In this document: positions 1 to 8,678 of the stretch, in pieces
Layout of the letters: the number at the start of each line of letters is the position of its first letter
How positions within the stretch are numbered: position 1 is the stretch's first letter
Sequence record: OR413575.1
Reading direction: 5' to 3' (one strand)
DNA: 64,000 bases
Program-made: the position numbers and the translations under genes
The notes under the pieces: generated by a model
The model's input: only the letters and a program-made list of their open reading frames with translations
The model's database searches: none
What the model was told of the DNA's origin: nothing

Positions 1-6
1 AAGTTA

Positions 7-384
7 ATGGGTCGTGGAGATCGTGAAGACGTTCTTCTTGATACCATTGTATTGACTTACTCCGGTGTACGTCTTAATGAAGATGTGGCGTTAGGGCGTA
101 ATTGTTACGAACATGTCTATAAGGTTACTGGGCGTGTTGACGTAACAGATTTCATTTGTCCTGAAACTGGACGAGTGAAAGTAGAAATTGATTTTCTCAC
201 CACATCTGTGAAGGGATTCGCAGAATACGTCGAGCGTTATTTCCAAGACCGTCAAGTAGTAGCGATCAGTCTTGGACTTCGCGGCGACAAGTATAAAGTC
301 GAATGGCGTAAGAAACGCATCGGCGAAGTAAACGGGTTCGAGCGTAGTGCTCTGTCTAAAGCAATCAATCCTGAAAATAAATAA
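7..384 (+). CDS. hypothetical protein
   Basis: 125-aa ORF in a co-oriented run; its 5' context is cut by the window edge. Confidence 0.5.
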   Translation: MGRGDREDVLLDTIVLTYSGVRLNEDVALGRNCYEHVYKVTGRVDVTDFICPETGRVKVEIDFLTTSVKGFAEYVERYFQDRQVVAISLGLRGDKYKVEWRKKRIGEVNGFERSALSKAINPENK

Positions 385-393
385 GGTAATATC

Positions 394-639
394 ATGAAAC
401 TGACTCTGAAAAACGTAAAAGCAACTGTTACCAACATCGACGCTGTTGCAAAAACTGTGAACCTGGTTATTAACGGCGCTGCGCACCTGAACGTTAAGTT
501 CGAAGGCGACCTGGCTAACATCAAACTGCTAGACACCATCCGCACCGATGCTGAAGGTGTTGTTCAGACTCAAGCTGAGTTCGACGCTGCTGCTAAAGCT
601 GCTGCCGGTAAAGGTGCTGCCTTCTCCGCTAAATACTAA
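394..639 (+). CDS. small beta-rich protein with Ala/Lys tail
   Basis: AAGGT SD upstream; strongly biased codons (CTG, AAA, GCT, TTC) suggest high expression. Confidence 0.75.
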   Translation: MKLTLKNVKATVTNIDAVAKTVNLVINGAAHLNVKFEGDLANIKLLDTIRTDAEGVVQTQAEFDAAAKAAAGKGAAFSAKY

Positions 640-659
640 TCAGCCAGGGACGTCGTGAA

Positions 660-950
660 ATGGAACAGTTCCAACCTGGGATGATCGTTAAGATCGCCAA
701 AGACTATCCTGAATCCAATGTCGGGAAACGCGTCAAGTTAGTACGACGTGCCAATGACACCATTGCACTGCATGAAGAGTTTCCTCACAAGCGTGAACAC
801 TTTGCGCAGAATGGTTGGGTAGTCGACCCAGTAGATGACGTCGAAATGTACACCGATAAGGAACGTTCCAAAACTGCGGTAGTACGTCCTGGTGAGCTCT
901 TCAATAATCGTGAACTGATTATCCTACAAGAGCACATCGCTGCAATGTAA
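660..950 (+). CDS. hypothetical protein, paralog of the next ORF
   Basis: N-terminus MEQFQPGMIVK..ESNVGK aligns by eye with MEKYLPGQTVV..PENIGK. Confidence 0.7.
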   Translation: MEQFQPGMIVKIAKDYPESNVGKRVKLVRRANDTIALHEEFPHKREHFAQNGWVVDPVDDVEMYTDKERSKTAVVRPGELFNNRELIILQEHIAAM

Positions 951-957
951 TTAAACG

Positions 958-987
958 GGAGGGCTTCGGCTCTCCTATTGTGCTGTC
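958..987 (+). terminator. UUCG hairpin with TTGTGCTGTC tail
   Basis: GGAGGGC-TTCG-GCTCTCC followed by TATTGTGCTGTC; no U-tract. Confidence 0.6.
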
Positions 988-1006
988 TAATAGAGGATTA
1001 TTAATA

Positions 1007-1300
1007 ATGGAAAAATATCTACCCGGTCAAACCGTCGTAACTACCAAATCTATTCACCCCGAAAATATTGGTAAGCTGATGGTACTAGTCCGCCAAATTG
1101 AACCTGAACTGGCTAAACTTATTAAAACTACATCTAACATGGAAGTTGGTGATTTAGGTGATTGCTGGGAGGTAACGCCTTTAGATAAGTTCACTTTATT
1201 CGAACATCAGTCTAAAAGTGAGATCAGTGTTGACGCAGAGAGCCACTCAAATGGATGCACCACTGTCTACATTTTCTCCCATTACTTCAAGGCGGTATAA
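1007..1300 (+). CDS. hypothetical protein, paralog of 660-950
   Basis: GAGG SD before ATG 1007 (preferred over GTG 980); shared N-terminal pattern. Confidence 0.7.
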   Translation: MEKYLPGQTVVTTKSIHPENIGKLMVLVRQIEPELAKLIKTTSNMEVGDLGDCWEVTPLDKFTLFEHQSKSEISVDAESHSNGCTTVYIFSHYFKAV

Positions 1301-1304
1301 CTAA

Positions 1305-1832
1305 ATGACTACGTTGATTTATAAAGACGGTTTCCTTTATGGCGACCGTCGTTACGGAGTACCTGCTAATAATGGTGTTAATATCTACATAGACCACCCT
1401 AAAATCCACACACACGAGTCCAGACAGGTTGCCTTTGGGATTTGTGGTGATACTAAGTTCAAAGGCTCAGAAGGTGTTATAGGCGATGTAGTGCTAGCTA
1501 ACGTTATTCAGATGGCTAAAGGGAACGAAGTGGATTGGCTCCCTTTGTTCAAGAAGTACCTCGGTATGGGCGGTACACTGATCGTCATTACCAAAACAAC
1601 CGGGTACGCGATCTGTATGAATGATGATGAGAGTAGCTACACTCTTGTGGACCTTGATAACATTCCATTCTTTACGGTGGGCAGTGGGCAGAATGCGGCG
1701 GTTGCGTTATTGGCTACTGATACCGATATGGAGAAGGTTTATCCTATCATTGCACGCGTAGACGGAATGACCGGTTACAATCCGGATATTATCAAACGTA
1801 GCCGCTTATTAAAACTGAGGGTTCCTAAATGA
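1305..1832 (+). CDS. Ntn-hydrolase / HslV-proteasome-beta-like peptidase
   Basis: MTT N-terminus (Thr nucleophile), GDRR, PKI and TVGSG motifs in the HslV arrangement. Confidence 0.6.
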   Translation: MTTLIYKDGFLYGDRRYGVPANNGVNIYIDHPKIHTHESRQVAFGICGDTKFKGSEGVIGDVVLANVIQMAKGNEVDWLPLFKKYLGMGGTLIVITKTTGYAICMNDDESSYTLVDLDNIPFFTVGSGQNAAVALLATDTDMEKVYPIIARVDGMTGYNPDIIKRSRLLKLRVPK

Positions 1833-2431
1833 TTTTCATCTTACACGAAGGTAAGTTGTATTATCCTGATAAAGTAGTTAACGCATACGGTCAAGGTACT
1901 GGTGCTGATACGTGGCGTTGTTACAATAACTTCCACTTCTTCGCATTACAAGAAGCAGGTAATGCAGCAACTATTCATTACGCGATGAAAGCCTTCCGTT
2001 CACCAACGATGACTACTTCTAGTGAGCAAGTGGGTATTTATATCGATGTGATGGGCATGATCACTTGTCTCAGTACAAAAGCAAAAATTCATACTCCGGA
2101 AAACAACGGTCATACGGAGATCTTACATACTCCATTGTTGCGCAATATCGATAACCCTATGGATGGCTGGACTATTGTAGCGGCTAACCACCGTCTTTAT
2201 GACATGGCTGCGGCGTTAATGTATAAGGATTCATCTAAACCATACGCGGTTATCTCTAAGGTAATGGAGCTTGATGGTGTTCCCGGTTATAGGAATATTG
2301 TAAGTGTTCCCGTCGACCGAGTTACTAAGATGCTTAAAGAATCTTATATAAGCACCGACGAGCACATCAATGATTCTCAGTGTATGGATCATCAATTCTA
2401 TTTACAGTCTCGTTTAAACGGTAAAAAATAA
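1829..2431 (+). CDS. degenerate Ntn-hydrolase-like paralog lacking the N-terminal Thr
   Basis: ATGA overlap with the previous gene; MIFILHEGKLYYPD parallels MTTLIYKDGFLYGD. Confidence 0.5.
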   Translation: MIFILHEGKLYYPDKVVNAYGQGTGADTWRCYNNFHFFALQEAGNAATIHYAMKAFRSPTMTTSSEQVGIYIDVMGMITCLSTKAKIHTPENNGHTEILHTPLLRNIDNPMDGWTIVAANHRLYDMAAALMYKDSSKPYAVISKVMELDGVPGYRNIVSVPVDRVTKMLKESYISTDEHINDSQCMDHQFYLQSRLNGKK

Positions 2432-2529
2432 AGTCACTTGTATTATCTATGAAGAGTAACGACCTTCAATCGTTGGGGAGTAACGAACCTTAGCGAGCCA
2501 TAATAGATTCCTTATAAGACATTGTCTTG

Positions 2530-2560
2530 GGCACCTTCGGGTGCCTTCTTTTTTTTTGTC
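2530..2560 (+). terminator. intrinsic terminator
   Basis: GGCACC-TTCG-GGTGCC, U-tract, GTC; the same hairpin recurs at 31177. Confidence 0.85.
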
Positions 2561-2618
2561 TGAATCGATATAACAACTATTGCGATGGCATCTTGTGTGA
2601 ATGCATAGGAGTGCTAAA

Positions 2619-3158
2619 ATGATAGAGGCAATGCTGGTAAGTGAAGCTCAGAAATCAGGGGGTGGGGGTATACCTACTACTCCTGAGGAATATTTAGATT
2701 TTATTAATCAAGCGATTTGGTTGATACCTAATGGTGGGAATATCGATAGTGCGGGGAATAGCCCTGGGGATGCTTATACTGTGGGTTACACTAACTATGC
2801 TAATCCTACTGCTACGGCTTTAAACTATGGTAGTCCATGGGGCGATGTGGCGCAGTGGGGTTTTCATGATTATCGATTGCTACAGCACTGTGCTTACGAT
2901 TTAGATACGTTCAGGGATATAGTAGCTAATATCCCGCGTGTTCTTTATTATATTGGGCCTAGACAACCTCGTAATAGTTGGAACAGTGTTACTCACAACG
3001 AATTTAAATCAACCGCGTTTAATGGGTATTCAATGGGGTTTGCTATTCTGGACTTTATATACTGGGATAGTCGTACCGGTAAAATGATGCGTAACAACCC
3101 TAGTCAACGTACTCTACCGCTTGAGTTCGATGGGGTACTGATCAAACCTTTCCGGTAG
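2619..3158 (+). CDS. putative virion/tail-associated protein (MIEAML N-terminus, Gly linker)
   Basis: AGGAG SD before ATG 2619; rich in N/Y/W; N-terminus resembles 23764-24252. Confidence 0.6.
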   Translation: MIEAMLVSEAQKSGGGGIPTTPEEYLDFINQAIWLIPNGGNIDSAGNSPGDAYTVGYTNYANPTATALNYGSPWGDVAQWGFHDYRLLQHCAYDLDTFRDIVANIPRVLYYIGPRQPRNSWNSVTHNEFKSTAFNGYSMGFAILDFIYWDSRTGKMMRNNPSQRTLPLEFDGVLIKPFR

Positions 3159-3190
3159 ATTCCTGTGTAACTTAGCACAGGAGACTACGT

Positions 3191-3850
3191 ATGTTACCAT
3201 TAAATCCCGCTATTCAATTTAAACCCCTTACCGCTGGAACATTCCGTAAGGCTGTGGGTTGTACTGAAGCTATCGCAGAAGCATGGTTCGAAGCCACTAA
3301 TGCTGCTATGGTAGAGTTCGGTATTACCAAACCGCTTGATCAGGCAATGTTCTTGGCACAGGTCGCTCATGAATCAACTGGGTTCACTGCCATGGTCGAA
3401 TCTTTCAACTACAGTAAGCAAGGGTTGAAACTAACCTTTGGACATAGGCTAACTGATGCTGAAATTGATAAATGGGGTCGTCAACCTGGTGAGAAGTCTG
3501 TTCCTATTGAACGGCAACGTCTTATTGCCAACAAGGTTTACGGTAACCGCATGGGTAATGTTCGCCCGGACGATGGCTGGAATTATCGTGGACGCGGTCC
3601 TATACAGACTACTGGTACTAATAATTATATTGCTACTGGTGATGCTCTGGGTGTGGATCTTTATACTACCCCTGACCTCATCACCAGTCCCGATGTAGGT
3701 ATTCGTTCTGCAGCTTATTTCTATGTGAGCGCAGGTTGTCTGAAGTATACTGACGATATCGTTCGTGTAACCAAACTCATCAATGGTGGGGATAATGGGT
3801 TAGATGATCGTAAGAAACGTTACGCGCTGGCTAAATCTGTGTTAGCATGA
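3191..3850 (+). CDS. glycoside hydrolase family 19 endolysin
   Basis: FLAQVAHESTGF, YRGRGPIQTTG..NY and VTKLINGG.NGLDDR motifs. Confidence 0.9.
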   Translation: MLPLNPAIQFKPLTAGTFRKAVGCTEAIAEAWFEATNAAMVEFGITKPLDQAMFLAQVAHESTGFTAMVESFNYSKQGLKLTFGHRLTDAEIDKWGRQPGEKSVPIERQRLIANKVYGNRMGNVRPDDGWNYRGRGPIQTTGTNNYIATGDALGVDLYTTPDLITSPDVGIRSAAYFYVSAGCLKYTDDIVRVTKLINGGDNGLDDRKKRYALAKSVLA

Positions 3851-3885
3851 TTAATAACGAGCTCACTGTTTCAAGATGACTCCGC

Positions 3886-3916
3886 TGGGACCTTCGGGTC
3901 CCACTTTTTTTTTGAC
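3886..3916 (+). terminator. intrinsic terminator
   Basis: TGGGACC-TTCG-GGTCCCA, T9, GAC. Confidence 0.85.
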
Positions 3917-3968
3917 TCTTGCTCCGATTAGTATGTAAACCATACATTACTTATTGACTGAGGTTATT

Positions 3969-4652
3969 ATGCAATACATTCTCTCTATGCGTCAAGGTAA
4001 CGCTTCTACTGCTGAATTTCAAACTTTCGTAGCTTCTATATTTGCAGCTGCGGCATGTCAAAAGATTCAACCGCTACATGAAGCACTTATCGCGATTGAT
4101 ACTCTGAATAAAAACATTCGCTGGGGATTACAAGAGCGCAACTCAAGCGATCTTACTATCTCTAACCAAGCGCGGCCTGTTGGTGAAGAACTACAATTCA
4201 TTATCAATATCGACTATCAGCCGTACGAACTCATTTTCGCGATGCCCGAATTCGCGGCGGGTACTAACCGTCAAATCATCGGCCACGTATTGTGTATCGA
4301 AGACGATTATCGTTTGTATAAACCGTTTGACCCGCGTATCATGCGCCGTGCCAAAGGTAGTCTTAACCGTATTTGGGGATTAGACCTCTATGCGGGTAAA
4401 GATGACCGTGGCGTCAGTATTAAACCTTTCCTTGAACGAGATACTAATGCACATGTCGAATCTCATGATCTCCAACCTTCAGTCGAAGTGCACTCAATGC
4501 ATGGGGCTGGGTACTCTATCCTCATTCACCAGCTGGTTGCTAAGGTTCGTAAGGCGCATCCTGATTATGCACTTAGTGATCTGGTCCGCGTTACTGTCGG
4601 TAATAATCCGGTACTGGTAGAAGTAGATTCTACTCACACCGAAGAAGGGTAA
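3969..4652 (+). CDS. hypothetical protein, probably late
   Basis: Preceded by ATTAGTATG; GAGG SD before ATG 3969. Confidence 0.7.
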   Translation: MQYILSMRQGNASTAEFQTFVASIFAAAACQKIQPLHEALIAIDTLNKNIRWGLQERNSSDLTISNQARPVGEELQFIINIDYQPYELIFAMPEFAAGTNRQIIGHVLCIEDDYRLYKPFDPRIMRRAKGSLNRIWGLDLYAGKDDRGVSIKPFLERDTNAHVESHDLQPSVEVHSMHGAGYSILIHQLVAKVRKAHPDYALSDLVRVTVGNNPVLVEVDSTHTEEG

Positions 4653-4697
4653 GACAACATAAACCCCCTGGCCATTTGGCCAGGGGGAATGTGCCGC
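4653..4697. terminator. bidirectional hairpin terminator without U-tracts
   Basis: CCCCCTGGCC-ATTT-GGCCAGGGGG; tails TTTATGTTGTC on - and AATGTGCCGC on +; lies between convergent genes. Confidence 0.7.
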
Positions 4698-5561
4698 TTA
4701 TGCAGACTTTTTGGCGCTGTTCATGTTCGGAACGTAGCCAGTGTAGTCGACCGCGTTAACGTCAGCTTCTGCTTTCTGAATCCAAGCAGAGCGGAAGTTA
4801 GGATCGATACCGGTTTGGTTCGCTGCGTCTAAGAAACGCTGAGCCAGTTTACGTACGCCAACACCAACCTGCTGAATACAGGTAAAGGTGATAGAGTGCG
4901 TTACTGATTCCGGAGTAGCAGTGATGTCACGACTACCTTCTACACGAGGACCTTGCATCGGCATCATGTTGGTGCAGAGCCAGGCTTCTACAACCCAACG
5001 TTCAGTCGGATCGGGTTCTACGAACAGTACAGTGAACGCCGTGTAGTCAGGATACAAACCGTAAGGAGTGTTACGACCACGGCTAACAACTGCCGGTACG
5101 TTGGTTTCCGGGTTACCCAGGAGGTTAAGGATATAACCGTTCCAGAAGTATTTAACCGGGGTACCGATTTTCTCAACCCATTCGAATTGAGGTTGGCTAC
5201 GGTTACGACGAACCTTAGCCAGAGTCTGCATCATCTCACCGCCGCCGCCGAACGGGTTCTCGGAGTATTCAACTTCCAGAGACTGGTCCAGGCCAGAGAT
5301 CGAGCGCGGGTGTAGTTCGATAAGTGCTTTGAGGCACGCAAGCCATTTTTCAGGGTTCGGTAGATCTTTGAATCCGGCCGGACCTTCCATCAGGAATGCG
5401 ATTACCGGGCGACGGGTGTAGTCAGCTGCACCGTGGTAGTAACGGATGTCAGTAACGTAACCCATCTGTCCAGAGTTGGTAAGGTCCGTTACCGGACCGT
5501 CGATACCCTCAGCGTACGCCTCATTCTGCTTGAGGATCGTGTTGGCGTCTTTCTTTGCCAT
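4698..5561 (-). CDS. tail tube protein (phiKZ gp30-like)
   Basis: 287 aa, directly downstream of the sheath; FTVLFVEPDPT..VVEAWLCTNMMP motif typical of these tubes. Confidence 0.8.
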   Translation of the reverse strand: MAKKDANTILKQNEAYAEGIDGPVTDLTNSGQMGYVTDIRYYHGAADYTRRPVIAFLMEGPAGFKDLPNPEKWLACLKALIELHPRSISGLDQSLEVEYSENPFGGGGEMMQTLAKVRRNRSQPQFEWVEKIGTPVKYFWNGYILNLLGNPETNVPAVVSRGRNTPYGLYPDYTAFTVLFVEPDPTERWVVEAWLCTNMMPMQGPRVEGSRDITATPESVTHSITFTCIQQVGVGVRKLAQRFLDAANQTGIDPNFRSAWIQKAEADVNAVDYTGYVPNMNSAKKSA

Positions 5562-5572
5562 GATAATTCCCC

Positions 5573-7657
5573 TTAGGCGTTAAGCTCGTCACGGCGATAA
5601 GCAACCGTGTAAGCGGACATTACGGTACGCATACCGTTTGCACCGATATCGATCGGGCAAGTCCAGCTATAACCACGCTGGTCATCGGCACGAGTTGCCT
5701 GACTGTGCGGAACAACGTCCATGCGGTCATCCATAGCACCAGCGCATTTGTTGGTGATGGATTCGTCAGAACGTTCAATCAGCTGTTCCAGTTTCAGCTT
5801 CTGGTTACCGGTCAGGTCACGCCAAGTTTCCCAAGCATAACGAGCCAGCTGCGCAACGCACAGACCAACCAGTGCAGAGTTCAGTACGGAAGTCTGATCC
5901 GTATAGAAGGACTGCATACCAGGATAGAACAGACGGTTGTTGTGGTCGTAATCTTCTACGTACACAACAGACTGAGCCCACAGGCGGCGTTTACCGCGCC
6001 ATGCTTTATCGATGATGTTCAGATCTTTGAGTTCGGAAACAATGTAGTTACCGTTGTCAGAAGTATCCGGAGCACGATCAGGGTTCAGAACGCCGTTGTC
6101 ACTTGCGCCATACCACATCAGTTTATACGCGAAGTCCACAGCCAGAACCGCATCGACGTTACGATTGTTCTGAGCCAGGTGGCCGGTATGACCGATGAGG
6201 GCACCACGGAACGGAGGCGTGCCGTATTCCACGCTATCCGGGAACATCTGCAGACGAGTCAACAGAGAGGCTGCGATAGACTCTTCAGTTTCTTCATCGT
6301 TCGGATCACGCGTGATATCCTGTGTAGACAGAACCAGGTATGAATCCTGGCGGACACGCAGGAGGTTCATCAGGCTATATTTGGTAGCCAGGTCGTACCC
6401 AGAGTCAACCATGAAGTTGAACGGGAAGCGGGCCATGTTTTCCAAACGAACGCCGGGTGCTGACAGATCGTCGAAGATTTCTTTAACGAGTTCGTTGAAA
6501 ACTTCGTTATTCATCGTACCATCAGAGCCGCCTTTGAAGTAGAACGTAGAGTTTTCGGTGAACATGATGCTACCGTCAACAATACCTTCCAGCTGCACAG
6601 AGTGGTAAGGAACATCTTCAACAGTTACTGCGCCGAGCAGGTTAACCTGCTGCCAGTCGTCTTCACCATCACCGACAGTACCGAAAGGTGATTCAGTTGC
6701 CTGAATCATTTTCAGAACTTCTTCAATAGTGGCATCGTACTGATGTACGCGACCGACCGGGCTACGCTGATAATATTCAGCGCTGTTGTCTTCCCACATG
6801 CCAGGGATACGCGCGTTGAAGTCCAGCAGAATACCACCGTCTTGTTCAGAAATTACTTTCTGACCGAAGGAGAAGGTAGTGCTGACCTGATCGTATTTGT
6901 TCGGAATAACTTTCGCTGCTTCGAACTCAGACGGACGGCGAACCAACTGCATACGGTTGATGAAGGAGTTAACTTCTTCATTCAGACCGACGCTTGCGGC
7001 AATCGCGGAAGTAATAGTAGGAGCCCACATCGTGAAGCCGAGGTTGTTACCTGCGCTACCGAAGTCTGCTACTACCATGTCAATCAGAGGGATACGACGA
7101 GATTTCTCACCACTAATGGAAGAAGTCATCGTACCTTCAGATTCCTTACGACGACCAAAGGTACTTAACCCTTTATCGTCTACCGGGATGGCCGATTCGA
7201 AGAACGCATAGCGATAACCTTCGACGGTGTCACCGGTAGGAATCAGTGCGCCTGTTTGAGCATCACGTTTGTAGTCGCCGTTCGGAGTACGTTCGTATTC
7301 CGGGATCATGTCTTTAACAATTTCAATGTCAAAGCACAGAGTGGCTTCAGGGGCAGCATCTTTAGCGCGTAAGCGCCAGAAGATACCACGAGTTTGCGCT
7401 TTAATTGCACGACTAATATAAGTCGTAGCGTGAGTCGCATAGTCGGAATCGAAATTGATAACCTCTTCGCCGTAAGACGAAACGATTTCCGAAGTGTGCA
7501 TCCAGGCTGGTCCTTCTTTACCCATAGGGGCGAAGCTGAACATGATCGGACGAACAAACGGAAGGGGGGATTGATCTGGGCGTACTAGTCCGCCAGATTT
7601 ATCCTGAGTCCCTAACCAATAAAGACCCGGAGTGGAACTTGTAATCTGCTCCATCAT
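5573..7657 (-). CDS. tail sheath protein (phiKZ gp29-like)
   Basis: About 694 aa; FKGGSDG and DSGYDLATK sheath-type motifs; GGAG SD; paired with the tube. Confidence 0.85.
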   Translation of the reverse strand: MMEQITSSTPGLYWLGTQDKSGGLVRPDQSPLPFVRPIMFSFAPMGKEGPAWMHTSEIVSSYGEEVINFDSDYATHATTYISRAIKAQTRGIFWRLRAKDAAPEATLCFDIEIVKDMIPEYERTPNGDYKRDAQTGALIPTGDTVEGYRYAFFESAIPVDDKGLSTFGRRKESEGTMTSSISGEKSRRIPLIDMVVADFGSAGNNLGFTMWAPTITSAIAASVGLNEEVNSFINRMQLVRRPSEFEAAKVIPNKYDQVSTTFSFGQKVISEQDGGILLDFNARIPGMWEDNSAEYYQRSPVGRVHQYDATIEEVLKMIQATESPFGTVGDGEDDWQQVNLLGAVTVEDVPYHSVQLEGIVDGSIMFTENSTFYFKGGSDGTMNNEVFNELVKEIFDDLSAPGVRLENMARFPFNFMVDSGYDLATKYSLMNLLRVRQDSYLVLSTQDITRDPNDEETEESIAASLLTRLQMFPDSVEYGTPPFRGALIGHTGHLAQNNRNVDAVLAVDFAYKLMWYGASDNGVLNPDRAPDTSDNGNYIVSELKDLNIIDKAWRGKRRLWAQSVVYVEDYDHNNRLFYPGMQSFYTDQTSVLNSALVGLCVAQLARYAWETWRDLTGNQKLKLEQLIERSDESITNKCAGAMDDRMDVVPHSQATRADDQRGYSWTCPIDIGANGMRTVMSAYTVAYRRDELNA

Positions 7658-7693
7658 TATCTCCAACTAATTAGTTTAGGTCAAGACCACGTA

Positions 7694-7715
7694 GTATGTA
7701 CATACCTAGTCATAC
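7694..7715. promoter_or_regulatory. divergent TATG late-type start sites
   Basis: Palindrome GTATGTACATAC plus a second minus-strand ATTAGTATG; TATG is the known phiKZ late consensus. Confidence 0.55.
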
Positions 7716-7755
7716 TAATCGAACTCTCATTCATTGCAATAACGGAGTAACACCA

Positions 7756-8667
7756 ATGTTTCGTACCGCTTACAGCACAACAGCTGCCTCTTCCTTTTAT
7801 AGTAAGGAACTGAACCAGAGTTTAATCCTTGCTGCGGCAGAAGGGATTCTGGTGAATCCTAATCCCGAAATTCCTTCTCTCAAAGCCCTGGTCGACCGTG
7901 GGCCTCGATCAAAAGGTATTCCCCCATTTGAACATCCTGTCTGTTTAGAACAGAGCACCGGAAACATCTGGGTAGTGGATATGCGACCGTATGCCAGCCG
8001 TATCGTTGCACAAGATGGGAGCCTTAATCTACCAACCGAAGGTCCTGTAGCACTACTGCTACTGCGCGCTAAGCTCGAAATGTACTGGAATCAGTTCAGT
8101 CACGGTGAGATGTTATTCTGGGGTGACCTCCCGGTTGTTGTCTTCAGTCGCTGGATTACTAACTTATTGAAGAACCGCATGAACCTCGCTCCTACCGATA
8201 TTGAACAGACTCAGGTATTAGCCGGTTATTACTACTTCAACCTTTTCTACGCAGAAGCTGACTTTGGTCAGCGGCAGGTGGATTCTGTCATTATGCGTCT
8301 TAACCGCGTATTGGGTATCAGTATTGATAAAGTGCGCGCAGTTGTAACTGGTCTTGGGTACATGTCTACTCTGGCCGATCTGACTAAAGCTCTTAAAGAG
8401 CGTGTAGATAATCCGGCAATGCGTCTGTTGGATGAGAAATACCTATACGTGGTCACAATGAACTCTTGGTTCGGCAGTGCTGATGCGAAAGCATTAATCG
8501 CGGTTGCTTTGGAATTCCCGCCTGCGTTTATCGCGATGGTATTGAGTGCTGGTACTAACCAGTATAAGAAAACCATTATCGGTGAGGCGGTTGAACGTGA
8601 AAAATCTCGCCATCGTTTCGGCCAATTCCAATCAGTTGTTAACGGCGCGGTTCGTTCCCTTAAATAA
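7756..8667 (+). CDS. conserved virion structural protein (phiKZ gp28 position)
   Basis: GGAG SD before ATG 7756; synteny with sheath and terminase. Confidence 0.65.
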   Translation: MFRTAYSTTAASSFYSKELNQSLILAAAEGILVNPNPEIPSLKALVDRGPRSKGIPPFEHPVCLEQSTGNIWVVDMRPYASRIVAQDGSLNLPTEGPVALLLLRAKLEMYWNQFSHGEMLFWGDLPVVVFSRWITNLLKNRMNLAPTDIEQTQVLAGYYYFNLFYAEADFGQRQVDSVIMRLNRVLGISIDKVRAVVTGLGYMSTLADLTKALKERVDNPAMRLLDEKYLYVVTMNSWFGSADAKALIAVALEFPPAFIAMVLSAGTNQYKKTIIGEAVEREKSRHRFGQFQSVVNGAVRSLK

Positions 8668-8678
8668 AGGTATAAACC

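Noticed and set aside
4953-7588. Long + strand ORFs opposite the tube and sheath genes (for example 5705-6343, 212 aa)
   Set aside because: Antisense shadows of codon-biased genes; no SD or protein-like composition.
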